The position numbers were made by a program, and so were the translations under genes. Source: Rickettsiales bacterium (GTDB lineage Bacteria > Pseudomonadota > Alphaproteobacteria > Rickettsiales > SXRF01). Taken from it: DNA of 64,000 nt. The stretch is taken from positions 5,908-69,907 of the forward strand of contig CAXRIF010000002.1 of assembly GCA_964231325.1 (NCBI GenBank), read 5' to 3'. A model generated the notes under the pieces. That model worked only from the letters and a program-made list of their open reading frames with translations, made no database searches and was not told where the DNA came from. Of this stretch, positions 43,107 through 53,092 are shown piece after piece; position 1 is the first letter of the stretch; each line of letters begins with the position of its first letter.

Positions 43107-45500
43107 ATGCTTTCATTTACGAAAAAAAAAGATGCCACTATTTCGGCTGAAAATATTTCCCGCCCTGCTCCATCAAAGGACGACTTCATACCCTATTATT
43201 CACACTATAACGCGAATACCCTACTGACTAAAAACGGGGAACTTCTAAAAATCATCAAGATAACAGGCAACACCCAAGGCCTGAATTATGAGGGCGGAGG
43301 CGCATCGCATGAAACCGTGCGTGAAACGATTCGCAAAGCTGTCGCAAGCCATATTCACAACGATCACTTTGCATTATGGATACATACGGTACGCAAACGC
43401 ACTCCCATCAAGGTGGGTGGCAAGTTTTCTCAGGATTTTGCCTCATACGTACATGAAAGCTGGCAGAAAAAACACAACTGGGAATATAAATATTATAACG
43501 AAGTATACATTACCATTTTGCATGAAGGGCAAGCAGCAGAGCTGTTAAATTTTGCGCATTTTAAAGATACATTTCTGCCTAGTCGTAATCGCAAATTCAG
43601 AAACCGCTATCTTGAGGATATCAGCAAAAGACTCGACAAAGCCGTCTCAGCTATCGCAAACGATATCAGCCCACATTTTGATGCGCATATTCTGGGCTTA
43701 CAGGAACGCATTCCAGAGCCAGACGACAGTCCCTCCAGCGACCCTATTTTTTATTCTGAGCCGATGGAGTTTTTGGGTACACTGTTAAACCTGTCAACAG
43801 ACAGATACCCCTTACCAGAGGCCGATATCAGCCAGATACTAAATAACCGCTCTATTACGTTTGGCTATAACGCGCTGGAGACAAAACACGCAAATGGGGA
43901 ACGCCACTTCGGAGCGATGCTAACGCTTAAACAATACCAAGAAGCGCCCATAGAAACGATTGATCATATTTTGCAATCCCCGACCGAGCTCATTATTACG
44001 CATTGCTTTGATTTTGTGTCCCACAAAAAAGCACTCAAGACAGTTAAAGCCCAGAAAGAGTGGTTTGACATTAGTGGTGACGCTTACTCAATGAAGGCAA
44101 CAGGGCTACATGACATGCTCAAAAGCCACAATAAAAGGCCAGTGGATTTTGTAGAACAACAAACCAGCATCATGGTCATCGTGGATGAGTATAAAAACCT
44201 AGAACCGGCAATTATCAAAACGCAGAATAACTTTGGTGAATTAGGTATGACCACAGTGCGTGAAGATATCATGCTAGAGGAATGTTTCTGGTCACAGCTG
44301 CCGGGAAATTTTGAATTTATTCGCCGCAAAGCCATCATTCCTACCAGCCAAATCGCGGGTTTCAGTAGGTTGAATCGTTTCCCTACCGGAGAGAATACCG
44401 GCACCCATTGGCATGAAATGCTGACCGTTGTGCCTACGCAAGTAAGTTCACCGTATTTCTTTAATTTCCATGTGCAGGATAATGGCCATACGCTTGTGCA
44501 GGATTTCAACTCGTTTAATGATGCTTACGGCAATATACTGACAAATTTCCTACTTACCTCTTCACTAAAATATGACGGCAAGCTATTCATTTTCGATCAC
44601 AAAAGAGCGTCATATCTACTGTGTGACAAGCTGGATACACAGTACCATGATATGGACGCAAAGACGCCGATTACACTTAACCCGTTCCTACTTGAAGCCA
44701 CCCCGCGCAATGCCTCTTTCTTACTGGCTTGGTGCTGCTCACTGATCGAGCCTTCATTTACCGTAACCACGCAACATCGGGAATTTATACGCAGCGCTAT
44801 TGAGCAGCTATATGAAGGCGAGAAACACTCGCAACACATGCAAGAGTTTATGCAAATTCTTTCTTTGCTAGACGCCCCACTGGCAGAGGCATTCCGCACC
44901 ACTATAGATGGCATAGAAGGCTGTAGGTTTGGTGCTAACGAAGAAGCGGATATGAACAAACACATTACCGCTTTTAGCATGGATAGCCTCAGAACAAATA
45001 ACCCGTCTATTATGGTGGCTATTTTTGCTTATCTCCTACACCGCATCATTACCAATCTCGATGGCACACCAACCATTATCGTATTGCGTGAAGCCCAAAC
45101 CTTACTTGAAAACGATTTCTTCGCGCCTCGTCTGGAAAGCCTGATGGAAATGCTGGTGCAAAACAATGTCATCCTCATTTGCACCACCTCTTCTCCTCAC
45201 GACCACGCCAATGCCCGGTCTATTCAAACATTGCTACATGGCTGCGCCACAAAGATCATTATTCCTGATGACATCAACTACGAATACACCTCACAGGCAC
45301 TGGGCATCTCCATGGACGATTCGCGGCTACTAAGCCGTATGAGCAGAGAATCAGGTGATTTTATGTTGCTGCAAAAAGATACGCGTGTGGCATTGCGCGT
45401 AGATCTGCATGAGCTGGGAGACATAAAAGCAATCATGGCCAACGATATCAAAACCCTTATTTCGGCAGGAGGTAAGTTTGCTTCACTACCGAAGCAGTAG
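43107..45500 (+). CDS. virB4: VirB4 paralog with degenerate NTPase motifs (RvhB4-II-like)
   Basis: FIPYYSHY..TLLTKNGEL, FWSQLPGNF, PYFFNFHVQDNGHT; Walker A and B altered. Confidence 0.9.
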   Translation: MLSFTKKKDATISAENISRPAPSKDDFIPYYSHYNANTLLTKNGELLKIIKITGNTQGLNYEGGGASHETVRETIRKAVASHIHNDHFALWIHTVRKRTPIKVGGKFSQDFASYVHESWQKKHNWEYKYYNEVYITILHEGQAAELLNFAHFKDTFLPSRNRKFRNRYLEDISKRLDKAVSAIANDISPHFDAHILGLQERIPEPDDSPSSDPIFYSEPMEFLGTLLNLSTDRYPLPEADISQILNNRSITFGYNALETKHANGERHFGAMLTLKQYQEAPIETIDHILQSPTELIITHCFDFVSHKKALKTVKAQKEWFDISGDAYSMKATGLHDMLKSHNKRPVDFVEQQTSIMVIVDEYKNLEPAIIKTQNNFGELGMTTVREDIMLEECFWSQLPGNFEFIRRKAIIPTSQIAGFSRLNRFPTGENTGTHWHEMLTVVPTQVSSPYFFNFHVQDNGHTLVQDFNSFNDAYGNILTNFLLTSSLKYDGKLFIFDHKRASYLLCDKLDTQYHDMDAKTPITLNPFLLEATPRNASFLLAWCCSLIEPSFTVTTQHREFIRSAIEQLYEGEKHSQHMQEFMQILSLLDAPLAEAFRTTIDGIEGCRFGANEEADMNKHITAFSMDSLRTNNPSIMVAIFAYLLHRIITNLDGTPTIIVLREAQTLLENDFFAPRLESLMEMLVQNNVILICTTSSPHDHANARSIQTLLHGCATKIIIPDDINYEYTSQALGISMDDSRLLSRMSRESGDFMLLQKDTRVALRVDLHELGDIKAIMANDIKTLISAGGKFASLPKQ

Positions 45501-45503
45501 GAC

Positions 45504-47105
45504 ATGCTGAAAGATATAAAACATTTTCTGATCATGATGCTGGCTATGTGGGCAGTGGTTTTCATGCCCGCCAAAGCGATGGCTTATGATGTGCTGACAT
45601 GTGAGGATGATGGCACCGTAACGGATGACACTTATCTATATTTTCAAGACCCCGCAGCCCCCGATGATGCGCCAAGCTTTTGCAGTGAAGTAGATGCCAC
45701 GCGCATTTTTAGCACCGTTATTTGTAATTTTGTACTCATCTTAAATGACGTTTTAGGCAAGGTATATTGCGGCATGCAGGTGTCGCTGCAGAAATATGTA
45801 GCGATTTTAATTACCATTTATATCGCGGTTTTTGCCATACAGATATTAATGGGCATGACACAGCTAAATTCGCGTGAAATGCTGGTACGTTTTGCTAAAA
45901 TTGGAGCAGTATGGGCGTTTGTTAGCAACGCAAACTGGGGGGTCAACCTACTCTTCATCTTCTTTATCGATTTTGCTAATCAGGGCATGGTATGGGCGCT
46001 CGGCTCCATTAGTGACGGCGTGAATGATATCAGCGACATCATGAATCTACCGAGTGATCCTGCTGAAGGCGTATCTGGCGCCGTACCGGCCTATGTCTAT
46101 ATTGATGGCCTGATTTACGACGCGCTTACTGGCCCCGTCTCCGAAGCGAACTCCAAAATGTTAGGGCTATTTGCCGCATTAGGACTCGCTTTCCCACCTG
46201 TGTTTATGGTGGCGGCCTACTGGGTGTGGACAACCTTCCTCATCCTCGCGCGCACGTTTATCGCTTTCTTAATGAGCTTGTCTGCCATCGCCTTCCTGAT
46301 CGCCATGAGCCCAATTTTCTTTTGTTTCATGCTGTTTCAAATCACCTTCCAATTCTTTGAGATATGGCTCAAATATATGATCTCTTACTCCTTGCAGGTA
46401 TTGATCGTATTCTCCGTAGTGGCCATGTGGATTTTGGTGATGTTCAACTTTGTAGACTTCTTCAACCAGCTTTCCAACGTGGTATACCCATACTACAAAA
46501 TGCAGAAGGGTGGCCCCGTATCCGTCGATAAAAAATCGGTAGGTATATGTCCTTATATTGTAAGTGAAGGCGTAGCACCTGGTCTGTTGGGGCCTAACAT
46601 TGAGTGTGCAGATCCTGATTTCAATCCGGGGGAAACCACTACCATCATACTCCCTTATTTTGGAGCCATAACCGTACCAACAACAAGGGGCATAGAGGAC
46701 TCTAATAAACTAATCGATTTGTACAACATCGCTCCTTCACAGGATGAAACCGAGGAAGAAAGCCCGAACCCCGCTTGCGATGATGAATTGCCGGCGGATG
46801 CACCGCAGTGTCATCTCACTCGTTTTTACTACTTCCTGGTGTATCACTTAATCACACTTATCATCATTGCTTACGCGTTCGATGCATTACTCAAGCGCGC
46901 TCCTTATCTGGCGAAAGAGCTTTCCGGCCCGCAATACGTACCTATTCTGGGTCAAGGCTTTGGCGGGCTGGGCTACAATAAGATGCGTGGTGTTTCTAAA
47001 ATGCGTGACAAAAATAGCGGTGCATTTGGTGGCGTCAGGAATGCTGCCACTGACTTTATTGAAAACTCCCGTAATACGCGGGGAAGAACGGATGGCAAGA
47101 GCTAA
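45504..47105 (+). CDS. virB6: VirB6-family T4SS membrane protein
   Basis: Polytopic; SPIFFCFMLFQIT..FFEIWLK..ISYSLQ TrbL/VirB6 signature. Confidence 0.88.
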   Translation: MLKDIKHFLIMMLAMWAVVFMPAKAMAYDVLTCEDDGTVTDDTYLYFQDPAAPDDAPSFCSEVDATRIFSTVICNFVLILNDVLGKVYCGMQVSLQKYVAILITIYIAVFAIQILMGMTQLNSREMLVRFAKIGAVWAFVSNANWGVNLLFIFFIDFANQGMVWALGSISDGVNDISDIMNLPSDPAEGVSGAVPAYVYIDGLIYDALTGPVSEANSKMLGLFAALGLAFPPVFMVAAYWVWTTFLILARTFIAFLMSLSAIAFLIAMSPIFFCFMLFQITFQFFEIWLKYMISYSLQVLIVFSVVAMWILVMFNFVDFFNQLSNVVYPYYKMQKGGPVSVDKKSVGICPYIVSEGVAPGLLGPNIECADPDFNPGETTTIILPYFGAITVPTTRGIEDSNKLIDLYNIAPSQDETEEESPNPACDDELPADAPQCHLTRFYYFLVYHLITLIIIAYAFDALLKRAPYLAKELSGPQYVPILGQGFGGLGYNKMRGVSKMRDKNSGAFGGVRNAATDFIENSRNTRGRTDGKS

Positions 47106-47106
47106 A

Positions 47107-47140
47107 TATTAACACTTTATTTATTAATGCTATCTATAGT
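47107..47140 (+). promoter_or_regulatory. CtrA-like site and -10 upstream of virB8
   Basis: TTAA-CACTTTA-TTTA (one mismatch) followed by TATAGT at 47135; AT-rich context lowers specificity. Confidence 0.35.
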
Positions 47141-47205
47141 GTGTAGGATTTGCGGCATGGGCATAACTGGTTATTTATACGGCATAATTATGGTGGTTTA
47201 CATTA

Positions 47206-47874
47206 ATGGCTAAAGCTTCTACGGAGGTATTCGAAAGCAAAAACTGGTACAAAGATCGTTACCAGTATGTGTTGGTGCAGCGCAAACTACTAGCGCTCAT
47301 CACCTTTCTGTCGCTCGCCTGCACCTTTCTTACCGTGTTTGTAATCGCACAACTAACGCCGCTAAAAACGGTGGAGCCTTTTGTTATTCAGGTGGATCAG
47401 AAAACCGGCATTGTACAAACCGTCGACCCGCTCACCGCTACCGAGCTTACTGCTAATGAAGCAGTCAATAGCTTCTATATTGTGCAATATATCAGAGCGC
47501 GCGAGACATACAGTATTGCAGATTTAGCGCGCAACTACGAAACCGTGCGCGTAATGTCTGAAAACACACGCGTCTATCCAGAGTTTACGCAACAGCAAAA
47601 CCCCAACAACCCCACGAGTAACGCCGCACGACTTGGCGCCACTGGCAGCAGAACGGTGAAGTTCAAATCGTTCTCCTACCTTACCCCCACCACGGTGCAA
47701 GCGCGTGTCATGATCGAAGAGAAAAATGATAGTGGTATTTATAATTTCCATAAAATTATCACTCTGGAGTTCCAGTATATCAAGCTGAGCCTGACAAATG
47801 AGGAACGCTACATTAACCCGTTAGGCTTCCGTGTTACTTCATACCGTGTAGACGAGGAAATTTTACAGCGATGA
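47206..47874 (+). CDS. virB8: VirB8
   Basis: PLKTVEPFVIQVD, YIRARETY, NPLGFRVTSYRVD. Confidence 0.95.
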   Translation: MAKASTEVFESKNWYKDRYQYVLVQRKLLALITFLSLACTFLTVFVIAQLTPLKTVEPFVIQVDQKTGIVQTVDPLTATELTANEAVNSFYIVQYIRARETYSIADLARNYETVRVMSENTRVYPEFTQQQNPNNPTSNAARLGATGSRTVKFKSFSYLTPTTVQARVMIEEKNDSGIYNFHKIITLEFQYIKLSLTNEERYINPLGFRVTSYRVDEEILQR

Positions 47875-48683
47875 AAAAAACTCTTCCCATAATCACACTG
47901 CTTGCTTTGGCTGCCCCCGCCCAAACAGCATTGGCTAATGCAGATGATATAACACTTCCGATTGATAGTCGTATAAAGGTGCTGCTCTATGATGAGTCAG
48001 ACGTCTATACCATTACCGCCAAGTATGGCTACCAAACCAATTTAGTGTTTTCTAAATACGAAGAAATACAAACCATTTCCGTTGGTGATCGTTCACTATG
48101 GCAGATTATTCCCTCAGGCAATCGCCTGTTTATCCGGCCGATGGATGATGATGTAACCACAAATATGACCGTACTCACTAACAGACGTTCGTATCAGTTT
48201 GATCTCAAGTCACTGAGTGACTCCGATAAAGATAAACCAATCTATGTTGCGCGTTTCAAATATCCGGAAGATTTTCGCAAACCGAAAAAGCCTGGTTCGC
48301 CGCCGCCACCGCCGCGCCCAGATATGATGCCGGAAATGCCGCCTATGCCGGGCATGAAACCTCCCCCTGCTTCTAACGCAGGTGGTTTCAGGCCATTACC
48401 GCCAAATATGGAAGCCATGAATAACTATAATTATACTTATGCTGGGCCGGATGCTCTGGCACCGGTAAAAGTGTTTGATGATGGCAACTCTACTTTTATT
48501 AAGCACCGTAAAGGCACCACCTCCATCCCAGAGGTTTTTGTTCGTAAAAATGGCACCGAACAAGCCGTAAGCTACTACATCAAAGGTGATATGATGGTCG
48601 TAAGTGCGGTTGCTGGAGAGCTAATATTACGGCACGATAACCAGACTGTGAATGTGTATAATGAAATGCTAAACCCGAGATAG
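47871..48683 (+). CDS. virB9: VirB9 with proline-rich linker
   Basis: DSRIK, NRLFIRP, TNRRSYQF, NYNY, PVKVFDDG. Confidence 0.92.
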   Translation: MKKTLPIITLLALAAPAQTALANADDITLPIDSRIKVLLYDESDVYTITAKYGYQTNLVFSKYEEIQTISVGDRSLWQIIPSGNRLFIRPMDDDVTTNMTVLTNRRSYQFDLKSLSDSDKDKPIYVARFKYPEDFRKPKKPGSPPPPPRPDMMPEMPPMPGMKPPPASNAGGFRPLPPNMEAMNNYNYTYAGPDALAPVKVFDDGNSTFIKHRKGTTSIPEVFVRKNGTEQAVSYYIKGDMMVVSAVAGELILRHDNQTVNVYNEMLNPR

Positions 48684-48690
48684 CGAAACT

Positions 48691-50109
48691 ATGGCTGACG
48701 AAGAAAACACACCTCCATCGACACCGGCTCCGGTTCCTGCGCCTGCGCCAGAACCCGCTCCAGAACCGACCCCCGCACCTGCGCCTCAGCCGGTTCCTGC
48801 GCCTCAGCCAGCTCCTGCACCAGAAACACCAGAGCCTGCTCCGCCTATTGAGAACGAGTTTGAGGAAGAAGATTATTTCGATGATGAAGAAATGGAAATG
48901 GAGCGCACAGGTCCTTCCGTTGGGTCTGGTCCGGGGAAGGTTATTTTATTCGGTGTCATTCTACTCTCATTTGTCGTGTTTATGCTCTATAGCCTGTTTT
49001 CCGACAGTGCGCCGCCTGCACCACCACCAGCAACCCTTACAGCTGTAGTGCCCGAAGATAATGCCCCTCCTGTTAATGTTGCGCCTGCGCCGCCTCCGCC
49101 ACCAGTTGCAAAAACCACGTTGGCGCCTCCACCACCACCTCCACCGCCACCTCCGCCGCCTCCGCCTCCGCCTCCACCTCCGCAACCGAAGGCCAAAGCG
49201 GTAGTGCCTCCACCACCTGCTCCTCCAACCAAGATGGCAGCACCACCACCTATGCCAAATGTAAAGGCGCTCAGCCCACTTAAGAGCGACAGCACAGACA
49301 AAGCACAGCAGCAGCGCATGCGTTCAAATATGTTGATTATGAACCCCAGGCAGCTAGCTCCTCCACCTGAAGGTGGTGAGGCTCAGGCCGCATTAAACGG
49401 CATGGACAAAAACACCGCTTTTGCCAGTAATGTGCTGACTGCAACCAAAGCACAAACAGCAAAGGCAACGCGTCTCAGCAACCTATCCTCAACTATTGCT
49501 GAGGGAAAAATCATCGAAGCAGTCATAGAGACTGGTATTAACACTGATATGGCTGCCGGAGCTCGTGCCATCATTAGCCGGGATATCTACGCAGAATCAG
49601 GCCGTAATGTCATGATACCAAAGGGTTCACGTTTAATCGGTATTTATAATTCTGATATAGATCGTGGCCAAGTTAGAGTATTTATCGTCTGGAGACGTAT
49701 CATTCGACCAGACGGTGTTGATATTGAGGTAGGGTCACCTGCGATCGATTCGTTAGGTCGAGGTGGTGTGGCTGGTATCGCAGATAATAAATATGCTGAA
49801 GTGTTCAGCGCTGCTTTCCTAACCAGTGTTATTTCGATTGGTGTGGGCTTGGGTGTGGATGCTATTGAAGATACGGAATCCTCCACCACCAGAAACACCG
49901 ATGGCAGCTCAACTTCTACCGGAGGTGCCGCTTCCGCTGCAACTACAGGGGCAGTCCAAACTATCGGTGGCGCATCAAAAGGTATTGTCGATTCTCTACT
50001 GAATATCAAGCCTACCATTACCGTTGATCAGGGTACCCGTATCAATGTATTCGTACAGAGAGACTTGATATTCCCGTCTAATATGGGTGGTGGGCCGTTT
50101 GTACAATAA
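48691..50109 (+). CDS. virB10: VirB10
   Basis: Pro-rich N-terminus, TM, IPKGSRLIG, VWRRII, PTITVDQG. Confidence 0.95.
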   Translation: MADEENTPPSTPAPVPAPAPEPAPEPTPAPAPQPVPAPQPAPAPETPEPAPPIENEFEEEDYFDDEEMEMERTGPSVGSGPGKVILFGVILLSFVVFMLYSLFSDSAPPAPPPATLTAVVPEDNAPPVNVAPAPPPPPVAKTTLAPPPPPPPPPPPPPPPPPPPQPKAKAVVPPPPAPPTKMAAPPPMPNVKALSPLKSDSTDKAQQQRMRSNMLIMNPRQLAPPPEGGEAQAALNGMDKNTAFASNVLTATKAQTAKATRLSNLSSTIAEGKIIEAVIETGINTDMAAGARAIISRDIYAESGRNVMIPKGSRLIGIYNSDIDRGQVRVFIVWRRIIRPDGVDIEVGSPAIDSLGRGGVAGIADNKYAEVFSAAFLTSVISIGVGLGVDAIEDTESSTTRNTDGSSTSTGGAASAATTGAVQTIGGASKGIVDSLLNIKPTITVDQGTRINVFVQRDLIFPSNMGGGPFVQ

Positions 50110-50136
50110 CGTGTCGTCAGTATGAGGTAGGGTTTT

Positions 50137-51123
50137 ATGGCCAACAGTTCTTTTACCGCACTTGATACCTATCTCGCTCCGCTTAAGCCTTTTTTTGAGC
50201 AACCTAAGGTAAGTGAAATATCTATCAACAAACCTGGTGAAGTATGGGTAGAGATAGGTGGCGATATGACTCATCACGAGGTGCCCGAGTTTGATCTCGA
50301 TCACCTCAAAGGTCTGGGGCGTTTGGTCGCACAGGCCACTGAGCAGAAAATCAGCGAAGAGGCCCCTCTGCTTTCTGCTACATTGCCGGATGGCTATCGT
50401 ATTCAGGTAGTATTTCCTCCTGCCTGCGAGCCATCAACAGTCGCCATGTCGATTCGTAAGCAAACAATCCTCAATCTCGACCTCGAACAATATGAGGCGC
50501 TGGGTGCGTTTCAAAACACCATCGTACGCAAGCAAGCTAACCCGATAGATGCCAAGCTGCGCGCCTTACTCGATCAGGGTGCGGTCAAAGAGTTCATCAC
50601 CGAAGCAATCCTTGCCAAGAAAAATATTATCATTAGTGGTGGTACCTCTACTGGTAAAACTACTTTCCTCAATGCGGCGCTAAAAGTAGTACCTCCTACT
50701 GAGCGTATTATTACCTGTGAAGATGCCCGCGAAATCATGATTCCGCACATTGAAAACAGGGTACACCTACTTGCCTCCAAAGGTGGGCAAGGTCGTTCAA
50801 AAGTCACCATGCAGGAACTTATTGAAGCTTGCTTGCGTTTACGTCCGGATCGTCTGATGCTCGGTGAGTTGCGTGGTAAGGAGGCATTTTCGTTCATGCG
50901 CGCCGTAAATACTGGCCATCCAGGTTCCATTTCCACCCTGCACGCCGATACCCCACAACTGGCCACAGAGCAGCTCGTATTGATGATTATGCAAGCTGGG
51001 CTGGGTGTTACGCGCGAACAAATAAAAACCTATGTGGAAAATGTCATCAATGTTATTATCCAGCTCAAACGCGGCGAGCGCGGCATGCGCTATGTCTCGG
51101 AAATCTATTTCAAGGAGAGCTAA
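50137..51123 (+). CDS. virB11: VirB11 ATPase
   Basis: GGTSTGKTT, LRLRPDR, NTGHPGSISTLHA. Confidence 0.97.
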   Translation: MANSSFTALDTYLAPLKPFFEQPKVSEISINKPGEVWVEIGGDMTHHEVPEFDLDHLKGLGRLVAQATEQKISEEAPLLSATLPDGYRIQVVFPPACEPSTVAMSIRKQTILNLDLEQYEALGAFQNTIVRKQANPIDAKLRALLDQGAVKEFITEAILAKKNIIISGGTSTGKTTFLNAALKVVPPTERIITCEDAREIMIPHIENRVHLLASKGGQGRSKVTMQELIEACLRLRPDRLMLGELRGKEAFSFMRAVNTGHPGSISTLHADTPQLATEQLVLMIMQAGLGVTREQIKTYVENVINVIIQLKRGERGMRYVSEIYFKES

Positions 51124-51159
51124 CCACTACACATAATCTATGGTGTGGTGAGGTAGGTT

Positions 51160-52989
51160 ATGGCAGCTGATCACGAACAATCAAACGTAAAACGTCAGGT
51201 CGCTAACAGGGTGTTGCTCCTAGCGGTGGTGGTTGCCATTTTGCTTATCCCTCCCTATGTCGGGGTGATTGCCTCCATTATTTGGTATTATGGTCAGGAA
51301 TACATGACCATCGCCTTTTATCCGGATCTGGCGTTCCAATCATACAAACCTTTGTTCGATTATTGGCTATCGGTCTATGAATACTGGTCGGCTAATGGAG
51401 GTGAATTTCCACAGGATTACACGTTGCAGTTCATCGGCCCGCCTGCCGGTGGCTTATTCTTAAGTCTATTCCTGCTGTATCTGATTCGCGCGCCGCTTTT
51501 GGATTTTCGTCCGTTCAAGCTCAAGGAAAGTGTGCATGGTGATGCGCACTGGGCAACGGAATCAGAGATTCGCGCGGCTAAACTGCGCGCCAAGAAAGGC
51601 CTGCTGCTAGGGCGTACCGGTGTAAATAACTACCTGATTGCGGATGACTTCCAGCACGTGCTGCTCTTCGCACCAACCGGTTCGGGTAAAGGTGTGGGCT
51701 TCGTAATTCCAAACCTGCTCTTTTGGCAAGAATCGGTTGTGTGTCATGACATTAAAATGGAGAACCATGAGCTCACCTCTGGCTATCGTGCCAAGCTAGG
51801 TCAGGAAGTGTTCTTGTGGAACCCGGCGGATCCGGAAGGTATTTCGCATTGCTATAACCCGCTCGATTGGGTGTCAGAAAAACCCGGCCAGATGGTTGAT
51901 GACGTGCAAAAAATCTGTAACCTCATTCTCCCTGAACAAGAGTTCTGGCAAAACGAAGCACGCTCGCTCATGTTGGGGGTTATTCTCTATCTGCTTGCTG
52001 TGCCGGAGAAGATCAACAGTTTTGGTGAAGTGGTGCGTACCATGCGCTCGGATGACGTGGTCTATAACCTCGCCGTGGTGCTCGACACGATTGGTAAGCG
52101 CATTCACCCCGTTGCCTACATGAATATTGCCGCCTTCCTGCAAAAAGCGGATAAGGAGCGTTCCGGCGTAATTTCAACACTGAACTCCGGCCTTGAGCTG
52201 TGGGCGAACCCGTTGATTGATGCTACTACCGCGCGTTCCGACTTTGACATGCAGCAGCTCAAGAAAAAGAAAATGAGTGTGTTCTGCGGCGTAACCCCAG
52301 ACAACTTACAGCGTCTTGAGCCACTACTTAAAGTGTTCTACCAGCAAGCGACGGATTTCATGACGCGCAAAATGCCGGGCAAAGACGAGCCACACGGTGT
52401 GCTGTTCATGATGGATGAGTTCCCGTCCCTAGGCGAAATGCCACAATTCCAGGTGGGTATCGCCTATTTCCGTGGGTATCGTGTAAAACTCTTCGTCATC
52501 ACGCAAGATACGCAACAGCTCAAAGGCATTTACGAAGAAGCAGGCATGAACAGCTTCCTGTCTAACAGCTACTACCGTATTACCTTCGCGGCGAACAACG
52601 TCGAAACCGCGAACCTCATTTCGCAGTTGATCGGTAATAAAACGGCGCAGCAATTCTCGCACAACAAGCCAAAATTCATGGATCTGAACCCCGCAGCGCG
52701 TACCATCAACACCTCGGAAGTACAGCGTGCCCTGCTCTTGCCACAGGAAGTAATTACCTTGCCGCGTGATGAACAGATCATCCTGATCGAATCGCACCCG
52801 CCAATCAAGACCAAGAAAATTTTCTACTACAAAGATAAGTTCTTCTTAAAACGTCTACTGCCGCGCCTGCCGATTCCGCAGCAAGAGCCATACGACCCTC
52901 GTAAGAAAAAAGCCGAAGCAGAAGCCAAGGCAAATGCTAATCCGCCAGAAAAACCAGACGCAGCTACGGATAGCAAACCAGCGACATAA
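51160..52989 (+). CDS. virD4: VirD4 coupling protein
   Basis: HGDAHWA, APTGSGKGVGFVIPNLL, MDEFPSLG. Confidence 0.97.
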   Translation: MAADHEQSNVKRQVANRVLLLAVVVAILLIPPYVGVIASIIWYYGQEYMTIAFYPDLAFQSYKPLFDYWLSVYEYWSANGGEFPQDYTLQFIGPPAGGLFLSLFLLYLIRAPLLDFRPFKLKESVHGDAHWATESEIRAAKLRAKKGLLLGRTGVNNYLIADDFQHVLLFAPTGSGKGVGFVIPNLLFWQESVVCHDIKMENHELTSGYRAKLGQEVFLWNPADPEGISHCYNPLDWVSEKPGQMVDDVQKICNLILPEQEFWQNEARSLMLGVILYLLAVPEKINSFGEVVRTMRSDDVVYNLAVVLDTIGKRIHPVAYMNIAAFLQKADKERSGVISTLNSGLELWANPLIDATTARSDFDMQQLKKKKMSVFCGVTPDNLQRLEPLLKVFYQQATDFMTRKMPGKDEPHGVLFMMDEFPSLGEMPQFQVGIAYFRGYRVKLFVITQDTQQLKGIYEEAGMNSFLSNSYYRITFAANNVETANLISQLIGNKTAQQFSHNKPKFMDLNPAARTINTSEVQRALLLPQEVITLPRDEQIILIESHPPIKTKKIFYYKDKFFLKRLLPRLPIPQQEPYDPRKKKAEAEAKANANPPEKPDAATDSKPAT

Positions 52990-53092
52990 TACTGATATAT
53001 AACCATAATATATCGCCACAAAATCTTAATAAATATTAGGTTTTTTATTGCCGCCCACTATCGTAAAATGACCCTCCCATATACAAAAACCT

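Noticed and set aside
48720-49260. CCN-rich tandem repeats
   Set aside because: Encode the normal Pro-rich regions of VirB10; not CRISPR or a separate repeat element
42569-52989. Conjugative element or ICE
   Set aside because: No relaxase, integrase or att-like ends seen; flanked by core genes
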